A DNA stretch of 64,000 nt from the NCBI GenBank assembly GCA_905178155.1, contig CAJINV010000008.1:2919303-2983302 (forward strand). The letters run 5' to 3'. Below are positions 12,891-30,281 of the stretch, piece after piece. Under the pieces are notes generated by a model. That model did not search any database, was not told where the DNA came from, and saw only the letters and a list, made by a program, of their open reading frames with translations. Numbering within the stretch: the stretch's first letter is position 1; each line of letters opens with the position of its first letter. The position numbers and the translations under genes are program-made. The stretch comes from Amoebophrya sp. A120 (taxonomy: Eukaryota > Protista > Dinoflagellata).

Positions 12891-14141
12891 TTATGTTAAT
12901 CTCACTTCGCGCGCTGTCAGTGCCCAGAGATTCTCCGGTGAGTGTTGTAAATGAAATGCCCGGGCGCGGGCCGTGCCGTTCAGCGTAGCTAGGTAGCTAG
13001 GGTTTTTTTGTTCCCCGCGCAGCGTGGCGGGCATGCCACTCGAAAGGCCCCACGCATGCCCGCCCTGTCTCCAATGTAAAGGAGCCACGGAAGCCGCCCG
13101 CCCGCCCGGGTATGTAAAAGTCGCTTCAACAAATAGCCCGCCAAAAAAGTAGGTCTGTGTTGGCCGTCTTTTTCTGAGAGTGAGAAAAACCACTGCGCCT
13201 GAAGCTCGGGTCTCTGTTTCGCCCGCGCTTTTGCGCTTCGCGTGTGGAATCCACCTGGAAACCCGGAGAAGCCATGGGGAGCACAGGGGCGGGACGGAGG
13301 TTAGGGAGCGGCGTAGGTAGCAGCGTAAGTGGAGAGATCGGGAAACAGAGAGGCTGTGGGGATGCGTGTGGGCTTCGGGAATGTGGAGGCATGGACGCCC
13401 GTAGCAGCGGGCGCAGCCGTGCAGGCCGTCGCGGTCTGGCAATCGCTCAGGTCGCGCCCGGAAACACCTCTCTGCGTGCAGGTCAGAGGCATTGCTTCAC
13501 TCTTCCCGAAGAAGCAGCGCTCCAGGCCTCTGCCCGAAGTACCAGGTCGATGCCTGCATGTTGAGGCCACGGCGGCCCTTCTGTCCCGCCCTGGCCCTCC
13601 TTGGCCTTCTGAGGCCGCCGTGGCCCTTCTTGGCCTTCTTAGGCCAAGAAGGGTGCAGGGGTCCGGGCAATCGGCCAAAAGGATATATCTTTTCAAAAGC
13701 ATACTTTTTTCAAAGGGATATTTTTGCGATATTTTCGCCAATTCCTTGCCTTTTTATGCTTTTGGTTTCTCTTTTTCTTTTTCTTTTCTGTCTTTTTTCT
13801 TTTCTCTTCTTTTCCTTTGTGTTTCTCCTTATCTTTGTCATTTTCTCATCCTCTCCTATTCAAATGAATATTTTCAATCAAACGAATATTTTTCGTGTTC
13901 TTTCTCTCCGAGCTCAGGTGGAGTCGATCTGTCTAGGATGCAGCAGTTGCAGACAGGTTTGAAGAAAAAAAATATTTTCCGCGTCGTCATGGGGAAAGAT
14001 AAAATGGGTAAAACGAAGACGAACAGATGAGAGAAATACGATTATGCTTCACCAGACTCCCTGTCGTGCCTTGCTTTTGCTCGTTCTTTAATTTTTGACG
14101 AGGTAGTGCAGTTTTTAGTTTTTTTCTTGATGACAGCTCCC

Positions 14142-16983
14142 ATGGTGTTTTCCTCCGCGGTTGTCACTTTGTTCTCCTTGTTACATTTTGCGTCACTTTG
14201 TCACTCTGCATTCCCACCCGACGAGGAATTATCCCTGAAAAAGAACAACGAGCCAGAGCTACAGCAGCCAGGAGTAGTTACTGACAGCGAACAGGAGTGG
14301 CCCGAACAACCCGCAGAGGAGCCACACGACCGACAAGAAGCGTCCGACTCAAAAAGTCTGCCGTGGGGCATTTCCGAGAGCCAGGTAGACGCGTATCGAG
14401 GCTGTGTGCAAGATGCGGTGCGGAGCAGAATCCATTCGGCAGCGCAGGGCGTGCGACCACGGGAGGACTCATCTTCAGCTGAACGAGGAGAGGCCGCAGA
14501 AGAAGATGCTGCTTCATCGCACATCGGCGAACGTGGACGAGAGCAAGCGCCCTCTGCTGAAATTTCCACCCAGGTGGAAGTCTCGAATGTTTGGGTTTCT
14601 GTCGATTTGGAAAAGGACCTCTACGTTCGGGTACCGGTCTTAGTGAACCACACCAGATTATGGATTGTAAAAATGTCTGGGTCTGGAAACTTGTGATGCT
14701 GGGTGGCGTCTCATGATGAGGCCACACATGCTGGCTCAGCATGACAAGTTTCTGAGCTTCTAGGTGTTGCCTATTCTGCATGACAAACTGCGTTCCTGCA
14801 TCACAGAAAAGTTGAGCTCTTGGGTAACGTGCATGACAGATTATGAAGTCATGCCAGACAAGCATGACAAACATGCATTCTTCCAGACCCAGACATTTTT
14901 ACATTTGATACAGATTATCGTGAAAAAAAAGTGTTACAGTGAGGACACAGTATGTGGTAAGTTGGGAGACAAGTAAGACCGATAACCTTAGTCAGGTAGG
15001 TCGGGTACAAGTAGTCGTACTAGGCGCAATGATTAGGTGCTACGCTACTCGCCACGCACGCCCATACCATACCATAGTCATGCGGAAAATGCTTGCGAGC
15101 CTCGTACTCGTTTCATGCGTGCTTATTTCCCTTGGGATCTCCGGATTGCGAGTGTTCTTTTTCACGCAGGACAATCAACTTTGTGTTTTGTCTGAGCGAA
15201 GTAGCAACAAATGTGTATTGTGTCATACTTTTTCCTTGGATGCAGATGCTCTTTTGACAACTGGAAGCGGAACCGGGATTACAAAATTATCCTGGAGCAC
15301 GTTCCATCGGAGGAGGCCTTCGCGAATCGAGCGTGGGTGCAGCTGGCGCTGCAGCAAGCTTTTGGTGGTTCATCTTCATCTTCGTCGAACAGCCTGGTCC
15401 TCGCTGGCACCGAACATTCAAGGAAGGTCAGTCAGTTCTTCGCGCGTGTGCGGCAGACAAACTGGCACGGGGAGCCGACCCAAACTCGGTTTCGCCCACC
15501 TGTGGGCGACTTGTCCCCCACGGTGCTGCGCTACGTCAGGGAGGTGCTGGTAGACATGAGCTGGATCTTCGAGCGATTGCTTTCTTTGAAGCGGAGCGGG
15601 AGGTCGAAGGATGTGGCAGATGGTGTCGTGGAAAACCGGAGCGGTGCAGATGTTGAGCAGGCATCAATGCCACCCATTGGTCTCCGCATCACCGAGATCG
15701 GAGTGGGACACGGCGGACTTGCGCACTGCATCCACAGTTTTCTCGAGACGAAGTATGGGGACGCGAAAGAACGTGCTGGTCGGATGCTGGATGAAACTGC
15801 AGAAGATATAATTACAGATGACAACGCTTTAAGTAGAATACGGGAGCACGACAAGGACCATGAGAGAGTGCATAAAAATACTCCTACTTGGTCGAAGATG
15901 GAAAAAAGGAAATCCGACATTGCAACGGACACACAGGAGGCGTCCGCAGGCAGCTCAGCAAGAATGAGCATCATCGAGTCCTATACGCTCGGAGACCTTC
16001 CCGAAGTGCAGGAGCTGGCTTTTCTGCAACTGCAAGCGATGAGCTCGACCCCTGGCGGGTCCGTCCCACCTGACCGCATCAGATTCTTCGACAGTACGGG
16101 CTTCGTGCCGGAGTTTGCGGAAGGTAAAGAAGTATTTGATGTTGAAAGGCGTAAAAACGAAAACAGCAAAGAAAATGAGGAGGCCACCACGACCAAGCAC
16201 ACAGATGAAGACAAGGAGGATCTTCATTTGAAGAACATGTTCCCACGCCGCCGTCCCTTTCTCACCGAGCAACAGGACCTCTGTATCTCCAATTATGCTT
16301 TTTCGGAGCTGCGGTCCACGGCCCTCGCGGATTTTTATGTGGACAAAGTCTTTCGCTTCTGCGACGTCGTCTTTCTGCAGTACATCCCGAGTTTCGCCCC
16401 CGGACTCGCGATCGACATGGGCGAGAAAAATTCTCATGATTATTCGGTGCCAGAAGAGGCTGAGGTTCGTTCTCGCGAGAAACCTGGCCTAGGTTTATTT
16501 CCGGAAGTAGCTGAGCAGACAACGGAAGAAGTCGTGCCTGGACGAGTTGTTTCTGAGGATGAGACTGGAAGCGGTGGTCTGGTGCGCCATGACAGCCAGA
16601 AAGGCCCACTGAACCGGCACCATCTCACAGGGTATTTGCGGAAAATTTCAGCTGCTATGGGCAATGCGGTGCCGTTCACCCGCCTCGTCGTCCCGCCGCC
16701 CGCGGACCATCCAGGAACGACACTGGCCGTGTTTTTTCGCAATGTGACGGGGGATGTGGAAGAGTTCTTCACGAAAAAGGATTTATTGTACGCACGCTAC
16801 GTGTTGCCGTATTTGCAGAACCTGGACAATATAAACAAGAACCGAACCTCTTTCGTAGCAAGCCCGGGCACTTTCAGTTCATCTTCCATTGCAAGCCCTC
16901 AAAATGATATTACGGAACAGAAATCTAATATTGAGAGTTTTTGCGTACCACGAAGTTGTCACGACCGCGATGTTGATGCGTGA
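14142..16983 (+). CDS. Putative sugar O-methyltransferase (class I SAM-dependent) with N-terminal signal peptide; internal exon structure uncertain
   Basis: Family-like motifs FDNWKRNRDYKIILEHV, GEP...SPTVLRY, ITEIGVGHGG, SYTLGDLP and DLCISNYAFSEL in ORF 15211-16983. Hydrophobic leader MVFSSAVVTLFSLLHFASLCHSA. Confidence 0.7.
14659..14910. mobile_element. Introner family C (DR CAGAT)
   Basis: Family C TIR. DR at 14654-14658 and 14911-14915. Confidence 0.85.
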
Positions 16984-18255
16984 CACCGTTGTTCGTAAAT
17001 GAGGGTCTTCAGGCATAATTGTGGGAAGGGTAGTTTGTATGCAGTGAGGTCACGAACGTTGACGTTCTAATCTAACGTTTTTTTTGACGCCTCGTATTTC
17101 GGCTTTTATCGCACCGACCTAAGGAGCCGTGATGCCACGGTATTGTTTGTCGTCGTCTCGAAGTCGTCTCGCTTCGAAATCGCTGCTACTTTTTCGAGCA
17201 ACTACAATCAAAGATGTTATCAATCATAACAAGGTCGCTGTTTTGTGTGCCCTCAACTGCTCTCTGACTCGACACGAAATTTCTTGTTTGATTATGCTGA
17301 AAATTGTATCGAGTCAGGAGTCCCCCTTCGTTGGCGCCAGTGAATCTCGTTATGGTGGTTGTGCAAGAACTACAACTCGACGACTCTGCAAATTTTGCGT
17401 CGCTCAGCACGACGTGAGTAATTACGGTGTCATGTTTCCACAATTAGTTGTTTTTCTTCTGGAAAGCAGAATTTTCTGGGTACCTATTGGTATTTTTCTA
17501 AAATGAACTTCGAGATGCAGGATTACATGTACTACACATTGCTGGAGTTTTTCGTTTTTTTCGTGTACATGGTTTTAAAGATGAGTGCCTTAAAAGCGTT
17601 GGTCAGTGTGAGGCAATGCCGCGTGAGCCGCCGACCTGTGCCTCCTCTTGGAGCTGGTCGGCGTATGCCACTTGTGCACTTTCGTCTTAAACGATGCTAA
17701 CGTCCAAAAAAATAGAAAAGCAACTGAAGTAGTGGAGCCTGGGTCCGAGCAGGCACTATGCTAAAGTATACATAGCTATTGAGTTGTGTTCTCAGGAGCG
17801 AGGCTCTCAGCATGCAGATTGGCTGCAGTACTCCGACTTCTCGCGGCGTGCAGCCTTCCGAAAGCCGTCCAACGGCGGCGGCTCCCATAAAAAGTAGAAC
17901 GCGGCAGTCCGCAGAGTGTGAGTGTCGCCTGGGATTTCAGGAGTGGAAAGAGGAAGCCCCGAAAACCTTTGAGATGAGAGCGAGCAACTGAATGTCTGCA
18001 GCCTTGCAAAGTTCATGATTCCGGTTCATAATCATATTTATGAGTGTGCCTATGCTAGAACACCAGGCTGCGCAAGGGCCCCTGGTCTCATCGATCGCTG
18101 TGAGGGAAGTCAAGCCCTCCGCTCGGTTGAGATTGGGGGCTTCGTTCGAGATTTATTTTTCCTAGTTTTCGGAAAACTACCTTTTCATTTTCTTCTGGTG
18201 CTGCGTTTTTCTTTTTCCGGAACCGCGAGCGCAGCCACTGATTCTGCTTTGGATC

Positions 18256-20299
18256 ATGTTGAGTCAAATCCGCCCGGCCCGGATGTTTCTTACTCGTTTA
18301 TTCGTGTTGCTACCCGAGTTGTTGTTTCTGGTACTGCAACAGCGACGCACGAGCAGCAGCTTCGCGACCGTCTCCGCGGCTCGCCATACGGATTCCTACG
18401 GTGCGGACAGTACAGACAGGCAGCAGGACGGGACGGGACGCAGTGGCAGCACGGAGGCCGATGACGACGCACAGGAACTGGGAGAATCTTCGCAATCGGA
18501 CAGGGAGGAGGAGGCCGCTGGTGAAGATGCGGATGCACCAGAAGAGGCGAATGGCAGTGGCCTGAAGTTCCGGGTCGCAAGCGAAGATGAGCCGCGAGAA
18601 TCCACATCTGAGCAGGAACGCCAGCTTCCCGAGCCCGCAACAGCAGAAGAAGTGGAACAGGGCAGCAGCTACGTGGGACTTGCAGCACGTCGGAGAAAAA
18701 TGCCAGCGCGTAGCCGTCGTCCACGAACCCGGCACAGCTTTTCTTACGCGGCGACTAGCCAGGACGCAGACCAGCAGGACGCGCGGTCGGCCCACAAAGT
18801 GACCTCCGAGTTCATGAAACGGTTTGCGCGGATATTACAATGAAAAATGCCCCCACCCCCGAACTTGGGAACATTTGTATTGCAAACCTTTCCAAATGAA
18901 ACATTCGCCCTCATGCATCTATCAGCATTTCCAATCGTGAATAGCAAAAATTTGTATTGCAAAAGACCCCAGCAAGAGCGGCGCTTGTCATGCAAGCGAT
19001 GCGATGCACACCTAGACTCTGCATCAGAAAGATTCATACTCCTTTGTTCATGCATGACAAAAAGTTTTCATTTGGAAGCTGCGCATCACAAATTTTTGCA
19101 CTTTCAGGGGTGGGGGGCACTTTTCACTGTAATAGCGGAATATGCGGCTCGCGGTGTTGTCAGACTCCAAGGGTGACATGGACGAGAAAAAACGCCTGAA
19201 AATGATCCACGCACTGCAGCTGGAGAATCGGGAGGACGATCTGAAGGGGCGCGCAACGGCGGAGGAAAATAACAGTGCGGAGGAAGATCTTCTTGCTCCT
19301 CGTCCCGAGACCACTCCGGTCGCCGCGCAGGTAGCAGGAGGACAAGAGGACAATGATCTTGATCTTCCGGGGGAAGACGCAGATGGTGGTCGTGCCATCA
19401 TGGGGACGAGCAGGGAGGACCACGTCGCGCAACCAGGCGCGGAGGCCCGCGTTTCTGAGAGAGAAGAAACAGACTGGGACGGCGGGCAAGGGGAGGGCCG
19501 AGGTGAAGATGAGACCGGTCGAAGCGAAAATACTGAAGTCGATGGAGCGGATGAGGACGCTCTTGAGCACGGAGCCCCCCGTCGTGAAATAAACCCTCAT
19601 CAAAATAAGCATGGCGCTCGCAGGAACGCCCAGAAATTGCACCAGCTCCGACGACGAACGAAGAAGATCCGCATGCTGAATCAGCTGGTGCGGTCCTCTA
19701 ATAAGCAATTGCATTCAGCATCGGCACAGCTGCCGACCAGGATTCTGTCCCTGTCCGCTTATCGCAAAAAGATGCACGCCTGCCGAACCGTTGCCTGCAT
19801 GAACGCTGTGGAAAAGCGCAGGCCACGCGACCGTGAGCGGGATAATGTCGGGTCTGAATCTGATCGCGCGCAGCCGAGCCCGGCGGAAAGTGCCGCACTA
19901 CAATCTTTGCGCACGACGCAAGGGAAACAAGAATTCGCTGCTGCTGACCGAGAAGAGGATGATACTTTTGGCCAAGCAGAAAGTACGTCTGCTCAGCGAG
20001 ACGAGAACGCCGACGTCGAATCATCGTCTGCACAACAGGGGAATCTTGTCAACAGTGGAGCAAATGTCTTTATTCCATCCGCTTTCCGTGCACCTCGGCA
20101 GCCCCCTCGGGAGAAAAAGCGGCTTTCTCCAACGGCGCGCCGGGTGAAAGCAATGCGCGTCTGGGGGGCCCACGGCGACGTGGAGTGGGAAATGCGGAAG
20201 AGAGTGTTGCAACTGGATCCCGCACACCCGGCGCAAATGTTGCGGAACATGATGCGAGCGGTGTTTGACAGTATCGAATTCTTTTTTTTTCCGGTCTGA
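18256..20299 (+). CDS. Acidic low-complexity protein of unknown function (~580 aa), two exons
   Basis: ORFs 18256 and 19142 join in frame (FAR/NMRLAV) when insert 18833-19134 plus one GCGGA is removed. Confidence 0.65.
18833..19134. mobile_element. Introner with B-like TIR and a different interior (DR GCGGA)
   Basis: Ends TATTACAATGAAAAATGCCCCCACCCC / GGGGTGGGGGGCACTTTTCACTGTAATA. DR at 18828-18832 and 19135-19139. Confidence 0.85.
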
Positions 20300-21176
20300 A
20301 ATGGATACATGCAAAGAAACAGAAAATGATGTAAAGAATAAAGACCATCAAACAAGAACAAACCATTAAAGCCGTGTGCGATTACAACTGGCTAGAAATG
20401 ATTGATCAATTGGCCGCTGCATCGACAGCTCACTGCAGATTCGATACCACAATTTTCATCAGCAGTCGATCTTTCATGAAGATCCCATAGCAGAGCTAAA
20501 GTACGCAACGAATTTAGAAAGACCGGAGACGAAAAATGTTTCAGCCCCAGTTCTGAAAATCTGCTTCTGTCTGTTGAAAGAAAAGGATCGCAAGATGAAC
20601 CAGCTCGGTTGTAAAACGGAGTCGTGTGCGAGAAGATCGGACTGCTGCGTGAAGAAAACTCATGTGCGGAAAAGACCTATCCGACCCGATCCCAAGCTCC
20701 TGTAGGTACTTGTGCCGTGGTTTCTAAGATTTTCGATCTACTTATTGATGAGCAGTATACTAGGGAGGAGTAGTAGAATTCCTGTCACTAAACGACTCAC
20801 GGGGGTCTTACAACTGCCTTCGAGGTAGTTCAGATCCAAAAAATGAAAACCATGTTGACCGATCTTGCTGCGATCAGGACACCCTAGTTCAAAAATCCGA
20901 GTTCCAGCATGCTGAAAATACAAATTAATATAGCACATTTAGAAATTCAAGCACCTTTTTTTGGCCCCAGCGCTAACAGCGACAGAACCAGACGTATTAC
21001 TGCTAGGTACAACAAGAACAAATATGATTGTGATTCCCATAAAGGATTCTCATTCATCCTAGTGCTACTGGACTGGTAACTACCGCTGATTTTGTTGACC
21101 ACGACTCGTGTGGCCGCTGTGTTTATTGAATGGGCACATATTTTGAACACTAGAGGACCAAAATTTTCGCGCCGAG

Positions 21177-22943
21177 ATGAAAAAGCAACTGAAGACCAAA
21201 GCCCGCCCCTTCGACTGGGGCAAGCAGGAGCTGGAAAAGGTTTGCGTGCGGATCGCTTATTTTGGGAAAAACTACCACGGCCTGGCGTTCCAGAGCAAGG
21301 AAAACCAGCCCACCATTCAGCCGACCATCGAGGAGAAAATATTTGAGGCCATGGAAAAGACGAAGCTGTGGAAAAGTTTGGAGGAAGCGAACTATTCCCG
21401 CTGCGGCAGAACCGACAAAGGTGTGCACGCAGCGGGGAACTATTTCGCCTGCCTGATGCGGAAGGTTGGGCAGAACCAGTCGAACAGCAGTCCTGAGAGG
21501 ACCACACGATCAGTAGCTGCAAATCAAGAAGCTGAAAGCAGAATACCAGCGAACAACAAGCCCGACTTTCGCATCAAAATGCTGAATGGAGTCCTGCCGA
21601 AAGACATCCGCGTGCTGCAGATTTACCCCGTCCCGGACACCTTCGACGCGCGGTTCTCCTGTCTGTTCAGGATCTACCGCTATTTCTTCGTCACAAAGCC
21701 CACTGCACGAACAACCACGAGAGCAAGCGATGTAACAACGGAGAATTCCGCTGCACAGTTGATGCACCGAAACCTCGCGAACATGGAGAAGGCGGCCAAC
21801 TACTTGGTCGGCGAGCACGACTTCCGGAATTTTTGCAAGATGGATTTGGAGCAAACGACGAACTTTGTGCGCCGGGTCCTGTCGGTGTCTTTGACCGCGC
21901 ACCCGCAGTTTTCGGGCGTGTACCAGGTGGAAATCCGGGGCATGTCCTTTCTGTGGCACCAGATCCGGTGCATCATGACGATCCTGTTTCTGGTTTTGGA
22001 GGAAAAGGAGAAGCCCGAGATCGTCCTGGAACTGCTCGACATCAACAAGCACCCCCGGAAACCCAACTACGACCTGGCCGACGAGGCGGGCTTGGTGCTT
22101 TACGACTGCGTCTTCGACCAGGACAGCATCGTCAGAAGGCCGAGCAGGAAAACAGAGCCATCTTTTCCGATGAAAAATCATGTAAGTCTAGTACTGCCCA
22201 CGGCCACCACGGAGGACGAGGGCGGCGCGACGAGATGTGTGGCGCCGAGTGCAGCTGAAACTAGTAATAAATGTGTCAAAAACACCACCACCACCACCAC
22301 CACCACTTCTAGTAGTACGCCAAGTCCGTCCACGGTGTCAACGGCCTCATTCAACACCACGCCTGGATTTATAATGACGTCTCTCTCTGGGAAATCAGTG
22401 GCTACTTGCTTATCGGAAGAAAACAATAAAAATTCTAAGGCGTGCGATCGCGATGTCAAATCTGCACCAGAGATCAAACTGACACAAAAATCCACTCCCG
22501 CCACGGCAAACACCGTGCACGGAAGTAAAGTGGTCCCGAACAACAAGTTCGGTATATGCCCTTCCGCCTGCGTGCCGTACCTGGAGCAGGCCACCGCAGC
22601 GCTGCGGGACGCTGCTGTGTTGCAGTGCTTATCCGAAGCTGCGGGGATCGCGGAAATTCTGGAAGCAGAGGAAAGCAACCCGAGCAGCTCCTTAACGTCC
22701 GGAACGATGACGATGAGTTCTTTTTCCCGACAGACGCTCAACACGGCATCCGCATCGCACCAGGGGAAATTTTCCTACACGCCCCTCCTGAACCGGTCGA
22801 AGGCGCCGTCGCTGGAGGAGAAACTGGCGACCTTTGACCAGAAGTCGGACAAGAAAAAACGCGATTGCTCCACGCTGGTGAATGACCGAGACGAAGAAAA
22901 ACTCCTCAAAATTCAAAAAGTTTTAGCCGCGGAGCAGGGGTAG
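21177..22943 (+). CDS. PUS3: tRNA pseudouridine(38/39) synthase, TruA family (Pus3/Deg1-like), intronless
   Basis: IAYFGKNYHG, CGRTDKGVHA (catalytic Asp), FDARFSC, GEHDFRNFCK and SFLWHQIRCIM motifs. Confidence 0.92.
   Translation: MKKQLKTKARPFDWGKQELEKVCVRIAYFGKNYHGLAFQSKENQPTIQPTIEEKIFEAMEKTKLWKSLEEANYSRCGRTDKGVHAAGNYFACLMRKVGQNQSNSSPERTTRSVAANQEAESRIPANNKPDFRIKMLNGVLPKDIRVLQIYPVPDTFDARFSCLFRIYRYFFVTKPTARTTTRASDVTTENSAAQLMHRNLANMEKAANYLVGEHDFRNFCKMDLEQTTNFVRRVLSVSLTAHPQFSGVYQVEIRGMSFLWHQIRCIMTILFLVLEEKEKPEIVLELLDINKHPRKPNYDLADEAGLVLYDCVFDQDSIVRRPSRKTEPSFPMKNHVSLVLPTATTEDEGGATRCVAPSAAETSNKCVKNTTTTTTTTSSSTPSPSTVSTASFNTTPGFIMTSLSGKSVATCLSEENNKNSKACDRDVKSAPEIKLTQKSTPATANTVHGSKVVPNNKFGICPSACVPYLEQATAALRDAAVLQCLSEAAGIAEILEAEESNPSSSLTSGTMTMSSFSRQTLNTASASHQGKFSYTPLLNRSKAPSLEEKLATFDQKSDKKKRDCSTLVNDRDEEKLLKIQKVLAAEQG
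22282..22306 (+). repeat. (ACC)n microsatellite encoding poly-Thr
   Basis: About 8 ACC copies in frame within PUS3. Confidence 0.8.
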
Positions 22944-23702
22944 AAAGGTCGAGGAAACTACGTCGTGTGCTCCGTCCTTCTGGGAGAACCTCCTGGGAGA
23001 ACAACTTCTGATCATGCTGCTCTGGGTGTTGAGACAGATGATCCATAACGCAGGAGGAGAACAATAAACGCACGCGTTCTTGATTTATTTCAGATACAGC
23101 TTAATGAATGCATAACTTGCGAGCGACACAGCATAAGTACGGGTAGCGCCACATTGCTGAAGGCGTTTCAATTGCTGCGCCTGACGCTAGTAGGTGATGA
23201 AGTTTCGCGACCTTGTTCGTCCCACTTCCACACAGCTGTTTCATTCTTTTCCTTCGGTTCTATTGTTTCTGTAGCATGCACGGTCACATGTCATCGTTCA
23301 AGCACTAGTTTCAAACAATTACAAGCAAAGACAATGCGAAAGACGCTGGAGCGGAATAAAGACACATGTCGAGAGCGACTGCTGTGAAACTTTCCACAAG
23401 CGGTAAGCAGGAGGAGTGCTGGTGGGTGGTTCCTGCGGCTGTTTTCGCGATACAGTAGCGAGTGGTTGTCCATCAGCTTGTCTTCCGAGTACTGCCCAGT
23501 GTCTGTTGGCCAAATGTTGTTTTACCTCACATGCCCTGGATTGCGGTCCATGTTTTCTACTTTTTTTCCAGTTGTTTCATTCGGCTAGTTGCAACTAGCT
23601 GCTTTACTATTTCGATATCCATGACTTGAACGCGCTCTATCAGTTTCCCGGACACCTTCCGGAGCGAACTCCGAGCTTTCCGACGAAAACACGCGCTGCA
23701 CC

Positions 23703-24739
23703 ATGCTGTCGCGGTCCTTGGCCTCTCGGAGCAGCGCGGGACGCTCCGGACTCGTGAATGCTTCGCGGGTGCTATTGAGAGGAAAAATCCCCCCTCCCCA
23801 TATTGAAAAGGTATGTTTCCAAAAATTTGTGTTGCGGATTTGAGGCCACAAATCACATCTGTCTTGCAAGAAGACAAGGGCAGAAGCTTCCGCCCCATTA
23901 TGGAGGGGATTTGTCACGCTGTTGGGCCTAAAGGGGGTCCGTTTCCCATGCTGAACTGCTAGACCCATACGCCCCTACCTAGCCTGGGGATCTGGCCGCA
24001 GTGCCTCGCTGCAATACAAAGCTGATTGGTGGCCGCAAATCAGCATCACAAATTTCCGTTTTGATATGGGGAGGGGGGATTTTTCATTTTGATAGGTGCT
24101 CCGCGGCGCCGGAAGCCACTACCAGGGCCCACGGGTTCCCGGACACTTCCGATACCTTTCGAAACTGCCGAAAGTGGTACTATGTATCTATAAGACCGAG
24201 ACCGTACGGCTGTGCTGCAGCTATGTGAATTAGTGTCATAGCCCGTTCCTCCAAATCAAAATATTTTTGCTGTGTACATATCAACGGAGTGGAAGTTCGT
24301 GAATGAACCCGTGAAATAATATCAACGACGCATTATAGCCCGCCAGCTACGGGAGCCATGACATTAACGGACCGACCAGCCAGCTCTGTACAGAGACGAA
24401 GGAGGTCGTTTTTCCATTCAGGTATGCGAGTTTTTTGTGATGAAATGATATGTTGAGATCGTATCTTGATTTTATGTGCGTGCTCAGACTGAACAAGATC
24501 AGGATCTAAATTCGAAGAGAATTCCCGCTCTCAGGTCCGCCTACAACGAGGCTTACATGCTTCCTTTCTGGATTGAGTTCGGGAACTGGACGATGATTCT
24601 GTGCACGCTTTGGGGCTCCATGTTTTACTACAACTACAAATTTTTGGGAAAAAATCCGCCGAACCCACCACGATCCAAGGCGGACGACTACGCCCACCGT
24701 CCTCTGGTGCACCCCCACGCGGCGGAAGAAGATGACTAG
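23703..24739 (+). CDS. Small, probably mitochondrion-targeted single-pass membrane protein; exons ~23703-23772, 24100-24183, 24339-24421, 24534-24739
   Basis: Arg/Ser-rich acid-free leader MLSRSLASRSSAGRSG. It splices in frame to ...KWYY/PASYGSHD...FPFR/SAYNEAYMLPFWIEFGNWTMILCTLWGSMFYY (one hydrophobic helix). Confidence 0.65.
23773..24094. mobile_element. Introner family B (DR GGTGC)
   Basis: Family B TIR. DR at 23768-23772 and 24095-24099. Confidence 0.9.
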
Positions 24740-25683
24740 GTCCTGATAATGTGGGATTAGAAAAGTAGTATGAGAAGCTCCTGCACGACCCGAACATCAA
24801 ATCAGTGGAACTTGAAATTATTGCGCTGCTCGCGCCAGATGAGCAGAAGCAGATGCAGATGCACAGCTGATAAATTCCGGGTCCCCTGGTTCTTGAGGAA
24901 ACAAACCGCCGAAACAAGAATACCACTCCCGCAAAGAGAAACATTGATTGTTTGACTAGTCGGAAATAATTAAGAAAACGGAGGGCATTTGTAGATGTCA
25001 ATGAATCATTCTGACGAGTTGTCAGTGCTTCAGAACAAAGAGAACTACTACATCTACGGGTACTCACTGTCAGAGAAGTAGCCTCTGGACGCAATTTCGC
25101 GTATCGGCATGGTGATGTTCTTCATTCGTCTTGTTGCTCCCAGGAGCACTGCTCCTTGGACGCGAACTTATCCGTCGAACAACTCCTGTGTCACCTCCCT
25201 TTTTTTCCAAAAGGCCAGCAAGGATAGCTGTTTCTTGGCTTTTCGCAGCCCCGTGATTTTTCGTCGTCTTCTCGTTGGAGCATGTTGCAGTCGTCGTGTG
25301 TGTGTTTTTTTTGTCCAGAAGCAAGTCGATCTGTTTTTGTTGGAAGTGTACCAAGTGCATCATCTGGTTCTGTACAAAGCCACGGCTTTTTTAGTTTCGA
25401 AATGTTGCTCTGTGGACGTGCAGTCGGTTTCCGCTGGTGATTCAGCAGCTCGTGCACGCACAACAAAACATCTGGAGCAGTTTTACTGCTGCTCGACTGA
25501 TAGATACGTTAATGATCGCTGAAGTGGTGAAAGACAAAGTTGAACAAAAATAGTGTTTAGTTGTGTCAAAGCACACGACAGTTTTCGGGAACGAGCCGGT
25601 CGAACAAAACCACCGGTAAGTAAAGTGGGCAAAACTTCTTGAAAGGAAACGTATTAAAAACTCAGCAAAAAAGTACTAGCACC

Positions 25684-30229
<4,546 letters not shown>

Positions 30230-30281
30230 GAAGGTGAATCCGTGACGTAGCTGCGGCTTGCACTAATTTGTTTTCCAGGCT

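Noticed and set aside
23644-24151. Short repeat TTCCCGGACAC(C)TTCCG upstream of and within the small mitochondrial gene
   Set aside because: Only about 16 nt, with no flanking similarity or structural logic.
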